A stretch of 64,000 nucleotides of DNA from Eledone cirrhosa (taxonomy: Eukaryota), in NCBI GenBank assembly GCA_964016885.1, contig OZ024742.1, positions 376,216,001 to 376,280,000 on the forward strand, in the 5' to 3' direction. The notes below the pieces were generated by a model that saw only the letters and a program-made list of their open reading frames with translations, searched no databases and was not told the origin of the DNA. Shown one piece after another: positions 21,801 to 32,842 of the stretch (the stretch's first letter is position 1; every line of letters begins with the position of its first letter). The position numbers were made by a program, and so were the translations under genes.

Positions 21801-24450
21801 TCATCATCATCATCATCGTTTAACGTCCATGTTTCACGCTTGCATGGGTTTGGACGGGAGTTTTCCACTTGAGGCAGGAGTGGTTGTCTTGCTCGCATAG
21901 GACTGTCTGGCGGGTTTTCTACAGCTGGATGCCCTTCCTAACACCAACCACATTTACAGTGTGGGGGTGGGAGGTTTTTACCGTGTTGTCTACACGGCCA
22001 CATTACAGCGTGGACTGTCTGGCGGGTTTTCTACAGCTGGATGCCCTTCCTAACACCAACCACATTTACAGTGTGGGACTGGGAGGTTTTTACCGTGTTA
22101 CCTACACGGCCACATTACAGCGTGGACTGTGTGTTTTTTTGTCGTGACACCTACACGATCTCATTTGTTTCGGCCTGGATGTTGTGGCACCAACATAACT
22201 TTACATTGAAAGGGGCAGTGTGGATGGGGTGGGGGTGGTGGGACGGGGGTGTGTTTTGTTAGAGATGCCTACTGACTGTAGTAGGTTTTACTTTGTATTC
22301 AGGTAAGGTGGGTCTTCTCTATTACTGAGTACCGCCAAAGATCTCGGTCCAGTGACATTGTCTTGGAGAGGTGTAAGTGTGTGAGGTCGGAATTTATCAG
22401 GTCGTCCCAGGTTTTTCTGGGTCTGCCTACCCCGTGGCTACCGTCTATCTTTATTGCCCTGCACTTTTTTATACAGCTGTCGTCTTTCATGCGCATCACG
22501 TGACCATACCAACGTAGCCTTCTCTCGACTAAACAACATCTGATCCCTCTTATTTCTAATTTTTCCCTTAGTTCTTTTATGCTTTGCCGTTCGCGTATAT
22601 TACTATTACACATCCAGCGGAGCATGCAAACTACGTTTCTCTCTAGTCTGCGTATATCCTCTGCACACAATGCCCAGGTCTCACTGCCATGCAACATTGC
22701 TGTTCGTATGCAGGCATCCTACAGCCTGCCTTTCATTTTTAGGGAGAACCCTTTAGCGGCTAATAGTGGTATAAGCTCTCTGAACTTTTTCCATCCAGTT
22801 CTGACTCTAGCTACTGTACTTTCAGAGCACCCTCCCCCACTGCTGATTTTGTCACCCAGGTAACGGAAGCTGTCCACTATTTCTATAGAACCCTCTGCGC
22901 AATTGAAAGAGGTAGTATTTTGTGGGCACTTGCTGCTACTTATTGCACCAGAGCACCGGCCACATGTAAAATCTATGTTCTTAGTTAGCTTACCTATGAT
23001 CCCACTACATCTTTTATGCACCCATACTTTGCATTTGGGACATAAAATGGAGTTTCTACCTACGCCTTTCCTACACACTGAGCATGGCCATTTCCCGGAA
23101 GGGACCGGCGCCTTATTTTCTTTCCTACAAACTAGAACTTTAGTCTTAGCCAGGTTAATTTTAAGGCCTTTTGATTCTAGGCCGTGCTTCCATATTTGGA
23201 ATTTCTTCTCTAGCTCGGCCATTGATTCAGCTATGAGCGTTAGATCATCTGCGTATAGGAGTTCCCATGGGCAGCCGGTCTTGAACTCCACTGTTATAGC
23301 CTGAAGGGCAATAATAAATAGTAGGGGGCTAAGAACAGAGCCCTGATGAACACCAACTTTTACGCTAAACTCTTCACTATATTCGTTGTTAATTCTAACC
23401 TTGCTGACTGTTTCTTTATACATGGCTTGTATAGCTCTCACAAGCCATTCATCAACACCTAGTTTTCTAAGAGCCCACCAGATAATGGAACGGGGGACTC
23501 TGTCGAAGGCTTTCTCCAAGTCGACAAAAGCTAAGTATAGGGGTTTACTTTTAGCTAGGTACTTCTGTAGTTGTTGTACAATGAAAAGAGCGTCTGTGGT
23601 ACTTTTGCCTGACACAAACCCGAACTGCATTTCATCTAGATCAATTCTCTCTCTGATTAGTTGCACTATTACTTTTTCCGTGACCTTCATGACCTGGTCG
23701 ATTAATTTAATGCCTCTATAGTTACTCCTATCTAGGGCATCTCCTTTACCCTTGTAACAGTTAATGATGATGCTGCTATGCCAGTCCTTCGGAACAACCC
23801 CATTCTGTATTACTTGGTTTACTATCCGGGTGACCATGGTGTGTCCCACCGTTCCAGAGACTTTCAGCATCTCAGCAACTATTTCCGAAGGCCCAGCCGC
23901 CTTACCCGTCTTCATATCTTTGATTGCCTTACTTATTATACTACCTTCAATTAACACTGCTGGTCCCTCTATTGGATCGATCTGGAGGAGACTATCCTTC
24001 TCCCATTTATTCTCCTCATTTAGAAGCCTTTCGTAGTGACTCTTCCAAGCTACCTTCTTAGCGTCAGTGATGGCAAGTACGCCATCATCATTTAGTACAC
24101 ACTTCTCCCCGAGAATATCACGGTTTTCCTTGACACATTGCCTAGCAATCCTTAACACCTCACGTTTTTGGTCCTTGCGTTGTAGAACATGCTTGAACTT
24201 TCTTTCCTCTGCTTCCCTTCTTGCGAGGTACACTTGTCTCCTAGCTTTCCTCCTGGCCACTTGATAGTCTTCTCTACTTCCCCCATCCCGCCATACTTTC
24301 CAAGCCTGCTTTTTGGCCTTAATCGACTCCTCCATCTTACTGTTCCACCACCATGTTACTCTCCTCCTACCTACAGGCCTGCTCCGGCCACAGACTTCGT
24401 CTGCCGCCATCAGCAGGTTTGCTTTCAGGAATTCCCACTGTTCCTCTATA
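21801..24450 (-). mobile_element. RTE LINE family B, 5'-truncated, with RT ORF (one in-frame stop at 22719)
   Basis: YKGKGD...[41 protein letters not shown]-like finger and RLRWYGHV; (GAT)n tail at 21801. Confidence 0.96.
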
Positions 24451-24539
24451 TTATACGACTCTAATGCTCTTCCTTACTGTCGAAAGCATCAAGTAATATG
24501 CTTTGAAATTTTTTTCTGGCTGTGGGATCCTTTAGCTTC

Positions 24540-24836
24540 CATATATATATATACATATATATATATATGTGTGTGTGTGTAATATATATATTATACACAC
24601 ACACACACATATATATATATAACCTTACACACTTAAATATAAATGCATGTATATATACAAATGTATAAATGCATAGCCAAATACATACGTAAATGTATGT
24701 ATGTATATATGTATGTATGTATGTAGATTTATATATATATATATAAATATATGTATCTATGTATGTATGTAGATTTATATATATATATATATATATGTAT
24801 CTATGTATATTTATATATATATATATATGTATGTAG

Positions 24837-24876
<40 letters not shown>
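24540..24876. repeat. (TA)n/(TATG)n microsatellite tract
   Basis: Seen directly. Confidence 0.9.
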
Positions 24877-24880
<4 letters not shown>

Positions 24881-25380
24881 AAGGTTTAGCAAATAATGAA
24901 AAAGTTTCAAAATAAATTTTAAAAAATTGACTTTACCTACTATAGTTACCTTTACCGATCGGTTTCGAATCCCAAAAATAAAACGGAGACCATACGGCCT
25001 TCGTTGCAAAGAAAGATTCTCGTCAGAAGGTTCTTTTCATTCAAAGAATATAAAATTCCTGAATTTAAATCACAGACTAGCGCTATCAAAACTGTTCCTG
25101 GGATGAGAGTGGATGATGTAGAAACAGGTTTATCAAGGGCCATACGTTCCTTCACGCACAAGGTGCCAAGGTACGCATGTATTGTCCAACCAAATGCCAG
25201 TGTGGTTCAATGGCGGGTTAATAAATTAACGAGCCAGAACAAATATAAACAAGGTTTAGCAAATAATGAAAAAGTTTCAAAATAAATTTTAAAAAATTGA
25301 CTTTACCTACTATAGTTACCTTTACCGATCGGTTTCGAATCCCAAAAATAAAACGGAGACCATACGGTCTTCGTTGCAAA
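24873..25380 (-). mobile_element. Penelope-like partial tandem terminal repeat (pLTR-like)
   Basis: A ~138-bp direct repeat (24873-25010 and 25243-25380) carries hammerhead sequence, abuts (TA)n and is followed by a palindrome. Confidence 0.65.
24948..25031 (-). ncRNA. Type-I hammerhead ribozyme with intact core
   Basis: Minus strand reads acctt-CTGACGA-gaatct...ggattc-GAAA-ccgatcgg-TA-aaggt. All core nucleotides and all three stems are present. Confidence 0.88.
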
Positions 25381-25381
25381 T

Positions 25382-25785
25382 ATATTTATAAGTCGTTTGG
25401 AAGCCTCGACAATGTAAATGGGTAAATCTCCGGGTAACAAGGTCCGGTGGTGGAGAGAGAGATATGTAAGTGGGTGTACGTTGAGATGCGTGGTGTGTAT
25501 AAGATGTGTGAGATGTGTAGAATGAAGGGAAGAGTAAAAGAATAAAAATAATAATAACAACACAAGAGAGAGAGTTACCTTGGGAGAGATAACTCTCTCT
25601 CTTGTGTTGTTATTATTATTTTTATTCTTTTACTCTTCCCTTCATTCTACACATCTCACACATCTTATACACACCACGCATCTCAACGTACACCCACTTA
25701 CATATCTCTCTCTCCACCACCGGACCTTGTTACCCGGAGATTTACCCATTTGCATTGTCGAGGCTTCCAAACGACTTATAAATAT
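25382..25785. repeat. Near-perfect palindrome, ~195-bp arms and ~12-nt loop
   Basis: 25382-25577 is the reverse complement of 25590-25785. This explains the two mirror ORFs LLLFLFFYSSLHSTHL. Confidence 0.97.
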
Positions 25786-25828
25786 TTACTTATTGTTCCA
25801 CAATGCTTCAAGCAAACTTCAATACTCT

Positions 25829-25869
<41 letters not shown>

Positions 25870-26401
25870 ACATACATACATATTATACATACATTTATAT
25901 TTAAGTGTGTAAGGATGTTGATATGATCAATATCTTCTTTTTTTGGTAAAGAGAACATTTTTTTCGCCAGATTTTCTTACCTAGGGAGATTAAATACCAC
26001 ACTTCTGGCTGAAAGCTGACCAGGTTCTCAACCTCATTAATAACTAACGCTGACCTGTGTGTGTATATATGTGCATATATGTGTGTGTGTATGTATGTAT
26101 GTGTGTGTATGTTCACCACCATTGCTGCTTCTTGTCATTTCTGTTGAAGGAGTCCTTACTTTCATTCTCTTTGATTTCTTTTGATTTTCTTTTATCTCCC
26201 TAGGGATTTCATTGACAAGCTTCTTTTATTTATTTTCTTCGTTTTCTTCATTCAAATCACCGACTGTCTAAGAGACGTACAAATATGACTTATCAAACTT
26301 ACCAAACTAAAGGGGCTTCTAGGGCCCTCAAAGTTTCAAACGCCCCCTGACTGCATAACGACACCCTGGAGCTACGAAACGCCCCCCGTTGAGAACCTTT
26401 A

Positions 26402-26651
26402 CTCTAGACAGAGAAAACTATAGAGGCATTAAGCTGGTTGACCAGGTCACAAAGGTCACCGAAAGTGTCATTGCATAACTGATTAGGGATTGAATTAACC
26501 TCAATGAAATGCAGTTTGGATTTGTGCCAGGTAAAAGTACAATGTATGCCCTCTTCTTAGTGAGGAAACTACAGGAGAAGTACCTAGCTAAAAGTAAACC
26601 CCTCTACTTAGCCTTTGTTGACTTGGAGAAAGCCTTTTACAGAGTCCCTGT
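26402..26651 (+). mobile_element. Right part of the split RTE RT fragment
   Basis: LDRENYRGIKLVDQVTKVTE...MQFGFVPGKST...[13 protein letters not shown]. Confidence 0.9.
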
Positions 26652-26654
26652 ATC

Positions 26655-26685
<31 letters not shown>

Positions 26686-26699
26686 TATATGTATGTATG

Positions 26700-26761
<62 letters not shown>

Positions 26762-26771
26762 TGTATGTATG

Positions 26772-27320
26772 TAGTCGTTGGCCACTAAACTGGCAACCCC
26801 ACCAAGGTTTCTTGGTGAGGTGGGTGACTTTGGACATCCTGCAGGACTAAAAACAAAACCTGTCAAAGGGCAAAGGAGCTCTTAAGAGTCAATGGCCATC
26901 CAAAATCACCGGGAGAGATGACCCCTTAGCCTTTGTCAAGGCAAAATTCTAGGAGAAGGAAAACTCTGATATAACACCTGCAACCCTGATGGTATCCAAT
27001 GATGTTGACTTGTTCTTCTTTTTGGTAAATATCATCTTGGTTAAGAGAGTGGGACTGGCTTTGTGCAGTGCCTTTGCTCACTATAAAAGCTTCACGGCAC
27101 AGGCATTGCTTTATATCTGGAGATCTCTCTGCACTTGTCGTCACATGATACCATGGGCCCAGCACTATGTGCCAATAATTGTCACAAGTATGGTGTTTGT
27201 ACCAGAGTTTTCAAGTCGCTGGCTGGACTAAAAAGTCACACTCGTTCAGCGCATCGGTAGGGGTTCTCCTACATGGATATAGAGTAGTGGCCGTACTCGA
27301 AAACGAGTTGGCAGCCACCA
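26772..27320 (+). mobile_element. Probable bipartite non-autonomous RTE derivative (5' UTR fused to 3' end)
   Basis: Contains CTAGGAGAAGGAAAACTCTGA, typical of RTE 5' UTRs. It ends with a decayed C2H2 finger YGVCTRVFKSLAGLKSHTRSAHR* and a short UTR, and is flanked by (TATG)n. Confidence 0.6.
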
Positions 27321-27409
27321 TGTATGTGTATATATATATATATGTTTACCTTTTACATACATATGTATATATATATATACATATATATATATATACATAT
27401 ATATATATG

Positions 27410-27962
27410 TATAAAGTGCAGGGCAATAAAAATAGACGGTAGCCACGGAGTAGGCAGACCCAGAAAAACCTGGGACGACTTGATAAATTCCGACCTCACA
27501 CACTTACACCTCTCCAAGACAATGTCACTGGACCGAGATCTTTGGCGCTACACAGTCATACAGAAGACCCGCCTTGCCTAAGTACAAAGTGAAACCTACA
27601 GTCAGTAGGCACCTCTAATAAAATACACCCCGGCCCCACTACCCCCACCCCATCCACACCACCCCTTCCAATGTAAAGTTATGTTGGTACCACAGCATCC
27701 AGTCAGAAACAAATGAGGGCGTGTAGGTGTCACGACAAAAAAACACACAGTCCACGCTGTAATGTGGCCGTGTGGGTAACACGGTAAAAACCTCCCAGTC
27801 CACACTGTAAACGTGGTTGGTGTTAGGAAGGGCATCCAACCGTAGAAAACCCGCCAGACAGTCCTATACGAGCAAGACAACCAATCTTGCCTCAAGTGGG
27901 AAAATTCCCGTCCAAACCCATGCTAGCGTGGAAGATGGATGTTAAACGATGATGATGATGAT
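27410..27962 (+). mobile_element. RTE LINE family B, 3' end
   Basis: KCRAIKIDGSHGVGRPRKTWDDLINSDL..., then UTR and (GAT)n. Confidence 0.92.
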
Positions 27963-28158
27963 GTATGTACATACATACATACATGCATACATACATACAT
28001 ACATACATACATACATGCATGCATGCATGCATGCATGCATGCATGTATGTATGTAAAAGATAAACAGAAATAACAACACAATCGAGTATATGGAAGGGAT
28101 AAACAAGTATTACAAAAGAAAAATAAAATGTTGGCATGAAGAGATTATTAATTTATTC

Positions 28159-28270
28159 GCTTTGACATATGTTTCCGTGTCTATTGTAAATTGTCTACAT
28201 ATGCTGACAACAATATATATTGTTCAATCATATGCAATACTTAATTATTTATTACACTTCATCAGAAAGC
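28159..28270 (-). ncRNA. Type-I hammerhead ribozyme motif with long stem II
   Basis: Minus strand reads gcttt-CTGATGA-agtgt...acacg-GAAA-catatg-TC-aaagc. It has a GUC triplet; the first stem-II pair is mismatched. Confidence 0.75.
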
Positions 28271-28944
28271 CTATAGTAGTGGAATTCAAATATTCACTAC
28301 GTGGTAAATTTCAGTAATGAGATTTTCATTCATGTATAAAATTGAGCATGTGTATATTTGCAGGACTCTTTCTACCACATGTTCAAGAGAAAGCTTACTT
28401 CCACACAGACAAATTTCAAAATCCTCTCCAGGAGTAAAGGTTGGATATTTTTCTTGTAATAAATTTTGTTTTTTGTCTGAACATACAGAAGGTTAATTTT
28501 ATAGAGGATGAAGTATGGTTTAACTAGATCAATCCAAAGGAGTTATTTATACTTATTTTATTGATTCCAGAGAGATCAAAGACAATAGTGATGAAGCAGG
28601 ATTTGTAATGAGAAAATAAATAAAATAGATCTAAATACTATAAAGCATTGAGATGATGATGATGATGGTGGTGGTGGTAATGGTGGTGATGATGATGATG
28701 ATGATGTTGATAATGATGATGATAATGGTGATGCTGATTGACTCTGGCATGCTATCATTTCTATCAGCTCTCTGTCCTTTACAAATGGTATTGATCAGAG
28801 GGTCATTTAAACATTAATGAAGGGACTGTAATCAAAATAAAATCATGTTCAATTTTACTGTAAATTGTTGGATGTGAAATGTTAATATGAGAGAAAGGTA
28901 GAGCTAGGCTGAGTTGAGGGAGAAGCTGGGTTTAAGGGGAATCA

Positions 28945-29185
28945 CAAGGTGGTGTACAGGAGAGAAGACTGCATTGTGAAGAAGTGCCAGGAAATACCAG
29001 TAGAGGGAAGCTGCAGTAGAGATAGACCAAGAAAGACCTGGACAGATGTGGAGAGAGGTGACTTCAAATCACTGAGACTCACAGAGAAGATGACGAAGGA
29101 ATGCGGCGAGTGGAGAGATGCTGTGCTGAGAAGGACCTTATAACCCATGTAAGTGTGGAGGAATGGATGTAAAAATGATGATGCT
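28945..29185 (+). mobile_element. RTE LINE family C, short 3' end
   Basis: EDCIVKKCQEIPVEGSCSRDRPRKTW...WRDAVL, with a (GAT)n tail. Confidence 0.8.
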
Positions 29186-29306
29186 TTGTCATGAAACTGC
29201 AGAATCATCATCATCATCGTCATCATCATATATATATCTATATCTATTACTCTATTACTCTATTATGTGTTCCAGCCATGAGGCTGAGACCATGCTGGGG
29301 CACTGC

Positions 29307-29371
<65 letters not shown>

Positions 29372-29374
29372 TAT

Positions 29375-29708
29375 ATATTCATTCAAAATATTAACAAAAG
29401 TAGAACTTCATTGTGATCAAGTATATTTTATTATACATATTTCAGAGGTGCTGAGCTAACTTCAACAGTACGTCCTCATCAGATAAAATAAGATGATGCA
29501 TGACATACCCTGACATAGTAGATGGTTAAGATTCATACTACCATGACTGAATCTTAACCATCTACTATGTCAGGGTATGTCATGCATCATTTTATTTTAT
29601 CTGATGAGGACGTACTGTTGAAGTTAGCTCAGTTCCTCTGAAATATGTATAATAAAATATACTTGATCACAATGAAGTTCTACTTTTGTTAATATTTTGA
29701 ATGAATAT
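29375..29708. repeat. Near-perfect palindrome (161-bp arms, 12-nt loop) with a hammerhead motif in each arm
   Basis: Arms are 29375-29535 and 29548-29708; the left arm starts directly after (TA)n. Confidence 0.96.
29594..29658 (+). ncRNA. Minimal hammerhead motif (mirror copy at 29425-29489, minus strand)
   Basis: attttat-CTGATGA-gga...tct-GAAA-tatgta-TA-ataaaat. Confidence 0.72.
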
Positions 29709-29885
29709 TAATAACTCCGGAAAACCAATTCTGTTGAGTGCTTCCAATCTATTGTAAAACTAATTCTTTGATTTATTCATTGAACCTTGTTTAACCTTTA
29801 AATATATATATATATATATATATACTTCGTTTTTGAATTTGTTTTGCAAGATTTCTTATCTGAAGACGTGTGTTGAAACAGATAA

Positions 29886-30297
29886 TGTTATACTTTGCGA
29901 GAGTCATGCTTTCAATAAAAACACACACACACACCTGTTGGTTTTCACTTCAGTTTATTAAGATTTCTGGTTGGTTGGTTTGTGCGATAATTGGATGGTT
30001 GTTTATATATTGTCAAAGCTCTTTCATCACACATTCTGTGACCTCTTCAAGTTTTTTTATTTTGTGTGAATACAGAACACACAAAAAAAAGATGGTGTAG
30101 GACAGAACAAAGGAAGGAAACAAAATAAAAACCTAGTCACTGAGGAGGTCACAGAATGTGTGATGAAAGTGCTTTGACAATATATAAACAACCATCCAGT
30201 TATCGAACCAACCAACCAGAAATTTATAATAAATTGAAGTTAAAACCAACAGGTGTATGTGATTTTATTGGCAGCATGACCCTCCCAAAGTATAACA
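29886..30297. repeat. Diverged inverted repeat (~160-bp arms, ~95-bp spacer)
   Basis: 29886-30045 is approximately the reverse complement of 30145-30297. Confidence 0.88.
30136..30178 (+). ncRNA. Minimal hammerhead motif
   Basis: gtca-CTGAGGA-g-gtcaca-gaatg-tgtgat-GAAA-gtgc-TT-tgac; there is one extra G before stem II. Confidence 0.6.
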
Positions 30298-30304
30298 ATA
30301 TATA

Positions 30305-32527
30305 TCATCATCATCACTGTTTTACGTCCGTTCTTCCACGCTAGCATGGGTTAGACGGGTTGTCCTGTTGTGGGCAGTGTCTGGTCGGCTGACCATGCCT
30401 TGCTCATACAGGAACTGATTCTGGCTTGATTTCTACAGCTGGATGCCCTTCCTAACACCAACCTCATTTACAGTGAGTGCTGGGTGCTTTTTCGTGGCGC
30501 CTACACGTCCACTTTACAGTGTGGGCTGGGTGCTTTTTTGCCGTGGCACCTCCACGACCACCTTGCGGTGGGGGATGTGGGGGCATATTGTCTATATGCT
30601 TCAGCTTGTACCCATGGGAGGTCGGGTACTCTGTATTACTGCGTGACGCCAGAGGTCACGGTCGTGTGTCATCGCCTTTGAGAGGTGTAATTGGGTAAGG
30701 TCGGCTTTTATCACCTCATCCCAGGTCATCTTGGGTCTCCCCACTTCGCGGTTTCCATCAACTTCTAGTGCTCTGCACCTTTTTATGCAGCTGTCATCCT
30801 TCATACGCATCACATGTCCATACCAGCCCAACCGCCTCTCCTGCACACAGCATTTGATTCCTCTTATGCTCAGTCTCTCTCTCACTTCATTTATGCTTTG
30901 TCGTTCACATATATTATTGTTACACATCCATCGGAGCATGCAGGCTTCGTTTCTCTCTAATCTACGTAAGTCTTCCACCTTCAGCGCCCAGGTCTCGCTA
31001 CCATGCAACATCGCTGTTCGGATACAGGCATCATACAGTCTGCCTTTCATTCTGAGGGAGAAGCCTTTTGCAGCTAGCAGTGGTAGTAGTTCCCTAAACT
31101 TCTTCCATCCCGTTCTTACCCTAGTTATTGCACTTTCTGAACACCCACCTCTGTTGCTAATTCGGTCACCTAGGTAGCAGAAGCTGTCTACTGTTTCTAC
31201 AGGGCCCTCCCAGAGATTGGTGGTACTTGTTTCCTGTGGTTGTTTGCTGTTTGCTGTCTCAGCACAGCTGCTGCATGTGAATCCTACATTCTTAATTAAG
31301 CTTCCTGAGATCCTGCTACATCACTTGTGTACCCATTGTTTGCATTTGGGGCAGAGAATGGAGTTCCTACCTACACCTTTCCTACATACTGAGCAAGGCC
31401 ATTTCCCTGAGAGGATCTGGGTTCTGTTTTCTCGTCTACTTACAAGGACCTTAGTCTTTGTCATGTTGACTTTGAGACCCTTTCTTTCTAGTCCCTGCTT
31501 CCAGGTTTGGAATTTATTCTCTAGTTCTACCATAGATTCAGCTATGAGTGCGAGGTCATCAGCATACAGGAGTTCCCATGGGCATCCGGTCTTAAACTCC
31601 TCCGTTATTGCCTGCAGGACTATGATGAACAGGAGAGGGCTAAGAACAGAGCCCTGGTGGACCCCAACCTGTACGCTAAATTCCTCGCTATACTCATTGC
31701 TAATCCTAACTTTGCTGACTGCTCCCCTATACATGGCTTGTACCGCTTTCACAAGCCATTCATCTACTCCTAGTTTTCTAAGAGCCCACCAGATTACAGC
31801 ACGTGGAACTCTGTCAAAGGCTTTCTCAAGGTCGACAAATGCCAAGTAGAGTGGCTTACTTTTAGCTAGGTACTTTTCCTGTAATTGCCTCACAAGGAAG
31901 AGGGCATCAGTGGTGCCTCTTCCTGGTACAAACCCAAATTGCATCTCGTCTATTTTCACCCGGTCCCTAATCAGCTGTGCTATAACTCTTTCTGTTACTT
32001 TCATGACCTGGTCTCAACTTTATACCTCTATAGTTTCCTCTATCTAGTGCATCGCCTTTACCTTTGTAGCAGTTGACAATGATGCTACTGCACCAATCTT
32101 TTGGTATGGCCCCTTCTAGTATTACCTGGTTAACGATACGTGTGGTTATAGTGTGACCTACAGACCCAGATGCCTTCAGCATCTCGGCAGCTATACCCGA
32201 TGGACCGGTTGCCTTCCCCATCTTCATATCTTTGATTGCCTTACTTACTACGCTGCCGCTGACTTGTACTGCTGGTCCCTCTATAGGGTCTACTTGGGGT
32301 AGGGTCTCTTCTTCCCATGCATTCTCCTCATTTAGTAATCTATCATAATGACTCTTCCATGCATCTTTCTTCTCAGCACTTGTGAGGGCAAGCTTACCTT
32401 TATCATTCCGGATACACTTCTCTCCAATGACATCACAACTATCTCTGACACACTGCCTCGCAATCATGAATACCTCCTGTTTCTGGTCCTCACGTTGTAA
32501 AACATGCTTGAATTTTCTATCCTCTGC
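30305..32527 (-). mobile_element. RTE LINE family A, 5'-truncated RT pseudogene
   Basis: Three ORF pieces with the complete RT motifs (YADD), a frameshift near 32010 and a stop at 31321; 3' UTR and (GAT)n present. Confidence 0.95.
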
Positions 32528-32537
32528 TATATAACTA

Positions 32538-32607
32538 TTTCATCTGATGAATGAACTAGAGGTTTCTGTAAAGATTGTCTAGTCTCCTGAAACCTTTGGT
32601 AATGGAA
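32538..32607 (+). ncRNA. Hammerhead motif with decayed stem-II base
   Basis: tttcat-CTGATGA-atga-actaga...tctagt-ctcct-GAAA-cctttgg-TA-atggaa. Confidence 0.6.
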
Positions 32608-32802
32608 TAATTATATTATGTAATTAAATATATATATATATAGTATACCCTGACACACTTGTTTATATTACAAATCAAGCAAATTATATATGTTGAAGGA
32701 AAATGCAGTTGATAGAATTAAAACATATATGGTTGTATTTATGAAAACTTGTTAATCGAGGTTTTTGAAGATGCACACACACACACATATACGGACATGC
32801 AT

Positions 32803-32842
<40 letters not shown>

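Larger units (their letters stand above)
13484..26401 (-). mobile_element. hAT (Buster/Charlie) DNA transposon, 12.9 kb including nested insertions
   Basis: TIRs CAAAGGTTCTCAAC (13484) and GTTGAGAACCTTTA (26388-26401). Perfect 8-bp TSD CTCTAGAC at 13476-13483 and 26402-26409. AAACGCCC subterminal motifs at both ends. Confidence 0.92.

Noticed and set aside
25303-25912. Two near-identical ORFs on opposite strands
   Set aside because: They result from the palindrome and have low-complexity composition.
16377-31849. Plus-strand ORFs antisense to the RTE RT regions (for example 16377, 22903, 31217)
   Set aside because: Shadow frames of the LINE coding strand.
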